Shown: piece after piece, positions 1-9,945 of the stretch
How positions within the stretch are numbered: the first letter of the stretch is position 1
How the letters are laid out: each line of letters starts with the position of its first letter
From: Somniosus microcephalus
Taxonomy: Eukaryota
Direction of reading: 5' to 3'
Length of the DNA stretch: 64,000 nt
Assembly (NCBI GenBank): GCA_052327205.1
Contig: CM126208.1
Coordinates: 26,288,001 to 26,352,000 of the forward strand
Made by a program: the position numbers and the translations under genes
The notes under the pieces: generated by a model
What the model was told of the DNA's origin: nothing
Database searches by the model: none
The model's input: the letters and a program-made list of their open reading frames with translations, nothing else

Positions 1-232
1 TTTTCTCTGCCTGTGACTGTGGTTGGTTTCAGTTTCATTTCCATTGTATTGTACTGTGTGTAGGGCTCCGCCCATACCTGGCTCCTATGTAAGCTGGCCC
101 AGCCTGCAGCACATCCAGTACGGCAGACCTCTGGATGGAAGATACATTCTCCTCTGTGTGTTACCTTCTAAGTCAATAAAAGCCTTGTTTTGTTTCGCTA
201 ACATCGAGTCTCGGATTTATTGAGGCACATCA
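1..232 (+). mobile_element. 3' part of an LTR (solo or 3' LTR), truncated by the window start
   Basis: AATAAA near 175. Ends ...TTATTGAGGCACATCA, resembling the end of the solo LTR at 13668-13953 (...TTATTGAAGGCCCATCA). Both share a GGCTCCGCCC box. No TGG primer-binding site follows. Confidence 0.55.
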
Positions 233-244
233 CATACAACACAG

Positions 245-812
245 ACATAGACCATTCGGCCCATCATATCTGTGCCATCTCTTTGAAAGCGCTCTCCAAT
301 TAGTCTCACTCCCTTGCTCTTTCCCCATAGCCCTGCAATTTTTTCCTTTTCAAGTAAATATCTAATTCCCTTTTGAAAGTTACTGTTGAATCTGCTTCCA
401 GCACCCTTTCAAGCAGCACATTCCAGATCACAACAACTCGCTGCATAAAAAAAATTATCTTCCTCTCCCCTCTGGTTCTTTTGCCAATTATCTTAAATCT
501 GTCTCCTCTGGGTTACTGACCCTCTTGCCAGTGGAATTAGTTTCTCCTTATTTACTCTATTAAAAAGCCTTCATATTTTTGAACATCTCTATTAAACCTC
601 CCCGTAACCTTCTTTGCTCGGAGCACAATTGCAGCTTCTCCAGTCTCTCCTCATAACTGAAGTCCCTCATCCCTGGTAACATGCTAGAAAATTTCCTCTG
701 CACCCTCTCCAAGGCCTTGACATCCTTCCTAAAGTGTGGTGCCCAGAACTGGACCCAATCCTCCAGCTGAGGCCTAACCAGTCATTAATAAAGGTTTAGC
801 ATAACTTCCTTG
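245..812 (-). mobile_element. CR1 LINE 3' fragment, degenerate
   Basis: Reverse complement resembles the CR1 ORF2 C-terminal region and 3' stem-loop seen in the other CR1 copies in this window. Confidence 0.8.
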
Positions 813-829
813 CTTGTGGAAGGCAGCAA

Positions 830-1310
830 AATAGTTTTCTTTAATTCTCCGCTTCACTCCCACTCTGATCTCTCTGTCCTCGGGCTATTACATTGTTCCA
901 ATGAAGCTCAACGTAAGCTCGAGGAACAGCACCTCATCTTTCGATTGGGCACTTTACAGCCTGCCGGACTCAACATCGAGTTCAACAATTTCAGATAATA
1001 ACCCCTGCCCCCATTTTTCATGCTGTATGATTTTTGCCATTCCCATTTGCAACATTTATCTTTCCTGCCTCTTACAAAAGTACAGTATATTCTTTCAATT
1101 CCTTCCTCCCCTCCTAAACCCTCCCCCGTCTCTGCACCTGGTTATTATCTGTTACATCTCCAGCTTTTTCCAGTTCTGATGAAGGGTCCCAGACCTGAAA
1201 CGTTAACTCTGTTTCTCTCTCCACAGATGCTGCCTGGCCTGCTGAGTATTTCCAGCATTTTCTGTTATTATTTCAGATTTCCAGCATCTGCAGTATTTTG
1301 CTATTGTGTT
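830..1310 (+). mobile_element. Penelope-like element 3' end (GIY-YIG C-terminus plus pseudo-LTR)
   Basis: Translation FNSPLHSHSDLSVLGLLHCSNEAQRKLEEQHLIFRLGTLQPAGLNIEFNNF matches the typical Penelope endonuclease C-terminus (E..I..L.T..P.GLN). It is followed by a hammerhead-bearing repeat also present at 5570-6020 and 42370-42487. Confidence 0.8.
1172..1208 (+). ncRNA. Minimal type I hammerhead ribozyme in the Penelope pseudo-LTR
   Basis: Stem I AGTT(1172-1175)/AACT(1205-1208), core CTGATGA (1176-1182), stem II 1183-1196, GAAA (1197-1200), palindromic stem III AACGTT. Predicted cleavage after GUU at 1204. Confidence 0.75.
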
Positions 1311-2841
1311 AAAATAGTTTTCTCCATGGGATTCCCTTCTAATTTATTTGTTTGAGAAGGAAGAGGAGATAGACCTGCAGGCAACTAAGGATACCCACCT
1401 CACGAGGCAACATCACAGAAGATCTAGACCTTCATACAGATACCCCAGGGTGTATAGCCCCAGCAGATCGCTCCTCAATATATCCATGGAGTTACATGTC
1501 AGGAGGCCTCGGTGCTCTATGACATATGTGCAGATGTTCCTGGACCTGCCACTTGATCCAGGATGCTCTGCATTGTAGAGAAGCTCCACAAATGATGGCA
1601 CTGGAATCTGCTGTTATGCCTATCATCTGCCACATATTTTCTGAGAGTCTTTCATATGGCTCTGAGACTTTTCAAGCATTTGCCTTTTCATAGAAGGACC
1701 CCTGAGATCATCATCTAAATGCTCAATTGGCAGAGCCTGACATTTCCTCAGTCTCCACTCAGGAACATTAGACTCCAAATCCAATACTTCATCTTCTGGC
1801 TTCCTTGTGAGTTGTGAATCACACCCTTTATCAATTACTCATCTAGATTATCTGTATCACCCCGAGTTAACCAATCTGGGCTGGTGAGTACAAGTGATTG
1901 GGTTCATAATGGAGTGGGTCAATTTCCGCTGGGAGTGCCAGATGTTGAAGGTTCTGGCATTGGTTCCTTCTCTCTCTCTGCTGCATCTTTCTTGCTTCCA
2001 GATATTGTGCAGATAAGAAGAGTGAGAAACGTAGTGACTTTCCTGCTATTGGTTGTTAGCCTCAAATAAGGGTCTCCTCAAAGTATAGGCCTCAAGACAG
2101 AGAAACCTTGTCTGATCTTTGGCCATCGGCACTTAGTGCAAATCACCTGTGGGAGCAGGCCCCTCCCACCCATCTCTCCATCCCCCTACAGCATTATCTG
2201 AGTGATTCCCAGGATGTCCTTTGTCTCCCCCTCCAACCGTAACCCATCCTTCTCAGGAGTTGTGTATAATCTTTTCCTGCATGGCAAAAGAATGCTTCTT
2301 ATTGTAAGTCACAGACTGCTTAATTTGACAATTATTTGAGAATGATCATCTCTTATGGAATTCTCACAGAAATAGGAAGGCTTCAATGGGCATGCATTGC
2401 AGGATGGTGTATCCACTTCATTGAAATCTTACCTGTGCGGTTGTCTCTACAGATCGTTTAATGCACAGTATGATATCCCTAGATTTGAGAATGCAATTTT
2501 AGGGTCAATATAGGTCTACTGCCTGAAACATCGAAAATATACATTGCTTGCAGCCATCAAACTTACCGTTGTTCCCCTTGTGAGGTCAATAAATCTCACC
2601 CAGCATTAGAGAGGGGTCCTGGGGGTTAGGGATTTGCCACTCACTACCTGTGGCACTATCTTCCACATGCTATTGGGTGCTTTACTGGCATTTCTCGTGA
2701 CACCTATTCCCACTATTCCATTCACCTCTCCCCATGAGTACTCTCAGTTGGAATAATATTAGCATCATTCTCCGAGAAGTTTGAGGCTGTGCTTTTCCTG
2801 GTTTCTTTTTGATCCAAGGTTTCAGATTGCAGCCTGCTAGT

Positions 2842-3407
2842 TAAGAATATAAGAACATAAGAAATAGGAGCAGGAGTAGGCCATTCGGCCCCTCCAGCTT
2901 GCCCCACCATTCAATAAGATCATGGCTGATCTTCGACCTCAACTCCACTTTCCTGCACTATCTCCATATCCCTTGATTCCCTTAATATCCCAAAATCTAT
3001 CAATCTCAGTCTTGAATATACTCAAAGACTGAGCCTCCGCAGCCCTCTGTGGTAGAGAATTCCAAAGATTCACCACCCTCTGAGTGAAGAAATTTCTCCT
3101 CATCTCAGTCCTAAATGGCCAACCCCTTAATCTGTGACTGTGACCCCTGGTTCTAGACTCCCCAGCCAGGGGAAACATCCTCCCTGCATCTACCCTGTCA
3201 AGCCCTGTAAGAATTTTGTATGTTTCAACGAGATCATCTCTTATTCTTCTAAACTCTAGAGAATATAGGCCTAGTCTACTCAATCTCTCCTCATAGGACA
3301 ATCCCCCCATCCCAGGAATCAGTCTGATGAACCTTCGTTGCACTCCCTCTATGGCAAGTATATCCTTCCTTAGGTAAGGAGACCAAAACTGTACACAATA
3401 CTCCAGG
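2842..3407 (-). mobile_element. CR1 LINE 3' fragment
   Basis: LEYCVQFWSPYLRKDILAIEGVQRRF...RNFFTQRVVNLWNSLP; (TTCTTATG)-type tail. Confidence 0.9.
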
Positions 3408-4674
3408 TTCTTCTTTAAGAGCACTTGAACTTCAAATCCTGCATGCTGCGCCCTTAAGTGCTTCCTCCCCACCCCGGCCCCAAGTATTTTCCGGTCCTCC
3501 CAGTGCAAGTAGCCAACTGCTGGTGGGAAACCCGCCTATATCTTGCCCAGCAATATTGAAATGAATTGACCATGGAATTTCCAACAGGGTCAATGTTGGG
3601 GCTATTGAGCAAGTGGAAGAACCACACCTCCACACTTACAGCAGCAGATCACGGGACTCAGGAATCCGGGGTCAAATAATATGTCAACAACTTTCTGCTT
3701 TACGTCTTCAAAGCTTTGCTTTCTTTGTCCAGTGCTTTGTAATAATCGCTCAAATGTCTGGTACATTCACTGCCAGGTCAAGGCTGCTGAAAATGAAGCT
3801 ATGCCTATCCGTGGAACAGTAGCAGAGCAAATTTATCCCAACTTATCTTTTTGTTAGAATCTTAAAAGTTCCAAGTATGTAGGAGGGCACAATACCTCAA
3901 TATCCGTACAACACCCTGCCAAAGGTCAATTCTAGGGCTCTGGAGCACTGGTCCACTCTTCACATCTCCTCGCTATCACAAGTAAGTAGTAAAATGGCTT
4001 AAATTCTCAGATTGGAAACATTTATTTTAAATGTTTTCTGTTCTCTTGCAACAATAATTCAATTGAACCCTCAGCAAATTTATTTGGATGGTAAGAAAGC
4101 TTGGATCTATCGCAAAATAATCTCTTTAGCACAAATATCTCGAACCTTCCATTTCTAATGTAAAATTCCTATTACTGGGCAGCCCAGCTCAACCCAGAAT
4201 AATTTAAACCAACAACCAATGAGAAAGTCACTTCATGTTCATACAGAAATCTCATTAGCACGCACAAGTCAAGTTCTTAACCTTGCTGCGATCATAAAGG
4301 GGCAGCTTCCTGCATGATGTGCAATCTGTTCATGCAATATACAATCACAGGGTGATTAATATTGATTTGACATTTGACGTTATCTTTTACGAACAAACCA
4401 AATCTGATTTTTGCTGGGGAGTCTGGAATTCAGGTTTAAAATCTAAGCAGATAAAAATTGTTCAGTTCAATTAGCTTATCTCAAATAATTCAATTAAGCC
4501 TACTTAACTGCTAGCCATAGAATTTAAGCTGGATAAATCTTTCTTTCAATCCCGACATGTACAACAGCTCCTTATACAAAACTGTATAGGGATATTCTAT
4601 CTATTCTTGATAAAGAACAGGGACTAAACCACGTAAAAACTTGTGCTGGATGGTCCACAGAATACAAACCAACA

Positions 4675-5570
4675 ATTACTTGTATTTATATAGCGCCTTT
4701 AATGTAGTAAAACGTCCTAAGGAGAGAGAAAAAGAAAGAAAGTCCCAACGCGGCAGCCAATTTGCGAACAGCAAGCTCCCACAAACAGCATTGTGATAAT
4801 GACCAGATAATCTGTTTTTGTTATGTTGATTGACGGATAAATATTGGCCAGGACACTGGGGCTAGCTCCCCTGCTCTTCTTTGGAACAGCTGGAGTACTG
4901 TGTGCAGTTCTGGTCACCACACTACAGGAAGGATGTGATTGCATTGGAGAGGGTGCAGAGGAGATTCACCAGGATGTTACCTGGGCTGGAGCGCTTCAGC
5001 TATGAAGAGAGACTGGACAGGCTGGGGTTGTTTTCCTTAGAGCAGAGAAGGCTGAGGGGGAACCTGATTGAGGTGTACAAAATTATGAGGGGCATAGATA
5101 GGGTAGATAGAAAGGAACTTTTCCCCTTAGTAGAGGGATCAATAACCAGGGGGCATAGTTTCAAGGTAAGGGGCAGGAGGTTTAGAGGGGATTTGAGGAA
5201 AAACTTTTTCACCCAGAGGGTGGTTGGAATCTGGAACTCACTGCCTGAAATGGTGGTAGAGGCAGGAACCCTCACAACACTCAAGAAGCATTTAGATGAG
5301 CACTTGAAATGCCATAGCATACAAGGCTACGGACCAAGTGCTGGAAAATGGGATTAGAATAGACAGGGCTTGATGGCCAGCGTGGACACAATGGGCCGAA
5401 GGGTCTCTTTCTGTGCTGTATAACTCTATGACTCTATGACTATGAGTGCCATGGGATCTTTTACATCCACCTGAGTGAGCAGAGGGGGCCTGGATTTAAC
5501 ATCTCATCTGAAAGACGGCACCTCCATCAGTGTGGCACTCCCTCAGTACTGCAATGGAGTGTCAGCCTAG
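4675..5570 (-). mobile_element. Deu-domain SINE split by a CR1 insertion
   Basis: GATAAATATTGGCCAGGACAC...CTGCTCTTCTT stops near 4885 and resumes at about 5446 with GTGCCATGGGATCTTTTACATCCACCTGAG. Confidence 0.7.
4888..5445 (+). mobile_element. CR1 LINE 3' fragment
   Basis: ORF 4881-5357 is a CR1 RT C-terminus; (ACTCTATG)n tail. Confidence 0.9.
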
Positions 5571-6020
5571 CACCTCATCTTCCGATTAGGCACTTTACAG
5601 CCTTCCGGACTCAATATCGAGTTCAACAATTTCAGATCATAACCTCGGCCCCTATTACATTTTTACTTATATTTTTTATCCACACCTTTGTTTTGGCCTT
5701 TCCCCCCCCCCCCCCACCACTTTCTTTTTTTTCTCTCTCCCACATGGCAGCTGTCTCCCATTCTGCCAGCACATTTCACACCTAATCTAGAGCCGTCTTT
5801 TGTCTCCACTAGTCCTATCACCATCTCGTCTCGTTTTGAATACCTCTTAATGTCTCTTCTTCTCTTTTGTTCTCTCCCAGTCTGGCCTCTTAATCTATTT
5901 CATTTCCTGTGCTTCTTTAGTCTTGACAAAGGGTTTTCACCCGAAACATTGACTCTATTTTCTCTCCACGGATGTTGCCTGGCCTGCTGAGTTTTTCCAG
6001 CATTTTCTGTTGTTATTTCA
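5570..6020 (+). mobile_element. Penelope-like 3' fragment with decayed hammerhead
   Basis: Similar to 930-990 and 1170-1280. The hammerhead core is altered (CTTGACAA...GAAACATTGACT at about 5919-5954). Confidence 0.7.
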
Positions 6021-6800
6021 GCCTAGCTTTATGTGCTCAAGTCGCTGGAGTATTGAACCCACAACCTTCTGACTCAGAGGCAAGGGTGCTACCAACTGAG
6101 CCATGGCTGATACTATAAGGTGATATTGGGGCAGGTGACCAAAAGCTTGGTCAAAGAGGTAGGTTTTAAGGAGCGTCTTAAAGGAGGAAAGAGAGGTAGC
6201 GAGGCAGAGAGGCTTAGAGAGGGAATTCCAGAGTTTAGGGCCGAGGCAGCTGAAAACATGGCCACCAATGGTGCAGTGATTGAAACCGGGGATGAGCAAG
6301 AGGCCAGAATTGGAGGAACACAGATATCTCGGAGGGTTAAAGAAAGAAAGAAAGACTTGCATTTATATAGCGCCTTTCATGACCACCGGATGTTCCAAAG
6401 TGCTTTACAGCCAATGAAGTACTTTTCGAAGTAGTCACTGTTGTAATGCAGGAAACAGGGCAGCCAATTTGCGCACAGCAAGCTCCCACAAACAGCAATG
6501 TGATAATGACCAGATAATCTGTTTTTTTATAGTGATATTGATTTAGGGATAAATAGTGGCCAGAACACCAGGGATAAATAGTGCCATAGGGACTTTTAAG
6601 TCCACCTGAGAGAGCAGACGGGACCTTGGTTTAACGTCTCATCCGAAAGACGTTGTAGTGCTGGAGGAGAGAGGAAGGGTGGCGAAGGCATGGAGGGACT
6701 TTTGAAAACAAGGATGAGAATTTTAAAATTGAGGTGTTGCTTAACCGGAGTTGATTGAGGGATAAATATTGGGGATTACTCCAAACTGTGAAGTGGACAA
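6018..6800 (-). mobile_element. Interleaved Deu-SINE and L2 3' fragments
   Basis: SINE head (TTGAACCCACAACCTTCTGACTC), L2 C-terminus (KLWNSLSKPLCLATSLSSFKTLLKTYLF) and a Deu core. Confidence 0.7.
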
Positions 6801-6904
6801 GCTGCCATGGCTCTACAAAAGTTGAGCACAAACTCCTCCGGCTTTTGAATTTGACAAGACTTTTTCCTGCTTGCCTTCTTTAGCTCCCCTGCCACCCCAC
6901 ACTG

Positions 6905-8012
6905 CCAAGGTACTGACTTGGATAGAGAACTGGTTGGCAGACAGGAAGCAAAGAGTTGGAATAAACGGGTCTTTTTCCGAGTGGCAGGCAGTGACTAGTG
7001 GAGTGCTGCAGGGATCGGTCCTAGGACCCCAGCTATTCACAATATATATAAATGATCCAGACGAGGGAACTAGATGTAATATCTCCAAGTTTGCAGATGA
7101 CACAAAGCTGGGTGGGCGTGTGTGCTGTGAGAAGGATGCCGAGAAACTCCAGTATGATTTGGACAGGTTGGGTGATTGGGCAGAAGCATGGCAGATGCAA
7201 TATAACGTGGATAAATGCGAGGCTATCCACTTTGGTGACAAAAACAGGAAGGCAGATTATTATCTGAACGGCAACAGATTGGGAGAAGGGGAAATGCAAC
7301 GAGACCTGGGTGTCCTTGTGCACCAGTCGCTGAAGGTAAGCATGCAGGTGCAGCAGGTGGTTAAGAAGGCAAATGGTATGTTGGCCTTCGTAGTGAGAGG
7401 GTTCGAGTACAGGATGTCTTGCTGCAGTTGTACAGGGCCTTGGTGAGACCACATCTTGAGTATTGTGTGCAGTTTTGGTCGCCTCATCTGAGGAAGGATA
7501 TTCTTGCCATGGAAGGAGTGCAGCGAAGATTCACCAGGCTGATACCTGGGATGGCAGGAATGACGTATGAGGAGAGATTGGGTCGATTGGGCTTATACTC
7601 ACCGGAGTTTAGAAGAATGAGAGGGGATCTCATTGAAACTTATAAAATTCTAACAGGACTAGACGGACTAGATGTAGGAAGGATGTTCCCGATGGCCGGG
7701 GAGTCCAGAACCAGGGGTCATAGTCTAAGGATAAGGGGTAAGCCATTTAGGACAGAGATGAGGAGGAATTTCTTCACCCAGAGAGTGGAGAACCTGTGGA
7801 ATTCTATACCACAGAAGGCAGTTGAGGCCAATTCATTAAATATATTCAGGGAGTTAGATATATTTCTTAAGGCTAAAGGGATCAAGGGATATGGGGAGAA
7901 AGCAGGGACCGGGTACTGAGTTTGGATGATCAGCCATGATCGCATTGAATGGCGGAGCAAGCTTGAGGCGCCGAATGGCCTGCTCCTGCTCCTATCTTCT
8001 ATGTTTCTATGT
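6905..8012 (+). mobile_element. 5'-truncated CR1 LINE (RT domain)
   Basis: SGVLQGSVLGP...FADDTKL, frameshift near 7415, GGCGCCGAATGGCC hairpin and TTTCTATG tail. Confidence 0.92.
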
Positions 8013-8034
8013 GATGTAACATTGCCAACTTTAG

Positions 8035-8560
8035 GACACACGTGGAGCCAGTCAATCAAGGGATGAGGAAGGCAAATTGGGAGGGTGGTGTGGGAACTAG
8101 CGCGGAGCCTTCTGGGAGGTGTAGTCCGACGGCCGCGGGCCTCCCAGGAGCCGGGCCGGGTGACGGACTACAATACCCGGAGTTCCGCGCGGCCCCCACG
8201 GCCGACGCATGCGCGGTGGCGGCCCGGGGGCTAGTGGAGGCAGCCGCCATCTGTATTTGCCGAACTGGAGCGTGGAGTCGGTGAGAGCTGCGAGCGGCGG
8301 CGGCCCGGAGGGCGGCATAAAGAGCAATATAACAAAAAAAAACACTTCTCAGCTCGCTCGGAAGGGGATGCGGGTTTTAATTACGGGTAAGAGGGGTGTT
8401 TTTAAAAATAAAAGGGATGGTGTTTTTCCTCCCCTCACACCGGAGCCGTGTGTCGCGGGGGAGCGGCCAAGGCCCGAGTTCAGGCGGCCCTTTAACCAGG
8501 GGGAGGAGAAGGTCTCTGCTCAGGGAGGAGGGCTGGTGCTGGTGCTGCAGGGTCACCCCG
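8035..8560. promoter_or_regulatory. CpG-island promoter of FAM210A
   Basis: Strongly GC/CpG-rich. Two oppositely oriented ZNF143/THAP11-type ACTACA-N2-(T/A)CCC motifs (8107-8125 on -, 8167-8185 on +), NRF1-like CGCATGCGC (8206-8214), YY1-like GCCGCCAT (8243-8250), E-box CACGTG (8039-8044). Confidence 0.8.
8230..8280 (+). other. FAM210A: Probable non-coding exon 1 of FAM210A (start approximate)
   Basis: Donor-like GTCG|GTGAGA at 8280/8281 inside the CpG island. The first coding exon has a splice acceptor upstream of its ATG, so an upstream exon is required. Confidence 0.5.
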
Positions 8561-8644
8561 GCCTCAAGCAATGTCTGCCATGCCCTTTATAACCCAGCAA
8601 ATCTAGAGTGGGTGGGTGCTGACTGGTATTCCTTCCCCAAGGTT

Positions 8645-9125
8645 AAAGAAAGAACAGACTTGCATTTATATAGCGCCTTTCACGACCACCGGACGTCTCA
8701 AAGCGCTTTACAGCTAATTAAGTACTCTTTTCCCCCCCCCCCCCACCCCCTGAAGTGTTGTCACGTAGGGAAAGGCGGCAGCCAATTTGCGCACAGCAAG
8801 CTCCTGCAAACTGCAATGTCATCATGACTAGGTCATCATGACTAGATCATCTGTTTTTTTTAGATTGAGCAATATATGTTGGCCCCAGATCACCGGGGAT
8901 AACTTCTTTTGCTCTTCTTCCAATAGTGCCCGTGGGATCTTTTACGCCCACCTGAGAGGGCAGCCGGGGTACCTCGGTTTAACGTCTCATCCGAAAGACA
9001 GCGCCTCCGACAGTGCAGCACTCCCTCAACGCTGCACTGGAGTGTCAACCTAGATTGGAGTGGGACTTGAACCCACAAACTTTCTGACTCGGGTGAGGGT
9101 GCTACCCACTGAGCTTCTGGCTGTC
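8645..9125 (-). mobile_element. Deu-domain tRNA-derived SINE
   Basis: Core GGTTTAACGTCTCATCCGAAAGAC, tRNA-like head, L2-type tail (AAAGGCGCTATATAAATGCAAG on -). Confidence 0.8.
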
Positions 9126-9269
9126 ACTTGAAGCATGTTAACAAGGGGGCGGAGGGTCCCTGCTCACGGCGAGCTGCTGTGAAAGGGTCACCCTGGCCTA
9201 AAGCAATATCTGCAATGCCCTTTATTAGGTTTGGAACAGATGGAGTGTCACTGGTATTCTTTCGAAGGT

Positions 9270-9945
9270 AGAGAGGGTACAGAGGAGATTTACGAGGGTG
9301 TTTGTTGCCAGGACTGAAAAAGTTTAGCTATGAGAAATGTAGAGGAACAGAGGGACCTTAGAGTGTAAGTCCACAGATCCCTGATGGTAGCAGAACAGGT
9401 GATTAAGAAGGCATATGGGATACTTTATTAGCTGAGGCATAGAATAAAAGAGCAGAGATATTATGCTAGAACTGTATAAAACACTAGTTAGGCCACAGCT
9501 AGAGTACTGCGTGCAGTTCTGGTCACTGCACTACAGGAAATATGTTATTGCATGAGAAGGTACAGAAGAGATTTATGAGGATGTTGACAGGACTGGAGAA
9601 TTTTAGCTATGAGGAAAGATTGGATAGGCTGGGGTTGTTTTCTTTGGAACAGAGGAGGCTGAGGGGTGATTTAATTGAGGTGTGTAAAATTGAGAGGGGC
9701 CTAGATAGAGTGGATAGGAAGGACCTGTTTCCCTTAGCAGAGAGGTCAATAACCAGGGGGCATAGATTTAAAGTCATTGGTAGAAGGATTAGAGGGGATT
9801 TGAGAAGAACCTTTTTTTTTCACCCAGAGGGTGGTGGGGGTCTGGAACTCACTGCCTGAAAGGGTGGTAGAGGCAGAAATGCTCATCACATTTAAAAAGT
9901 ACTTGGATATGCGCTTGAACTGCTGTAACCTACAGGGCTACGGAC
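9270..9945 (+). mobile_element. CR1 LINE 3' fragment (its tail continues at about 12857-12958)
   Basis: ORF 9542-9859 is a CR1 C-terminus, interrupted by the large - strand CR1. Confidence 0.85.

Noticed and set aside
8042-8827. Cluster of ORFs over the CpG island
   Set aside because: Expected in GC-rich sequence that is poor in stop codons; one runs into a SINE and none resembles a known protein.
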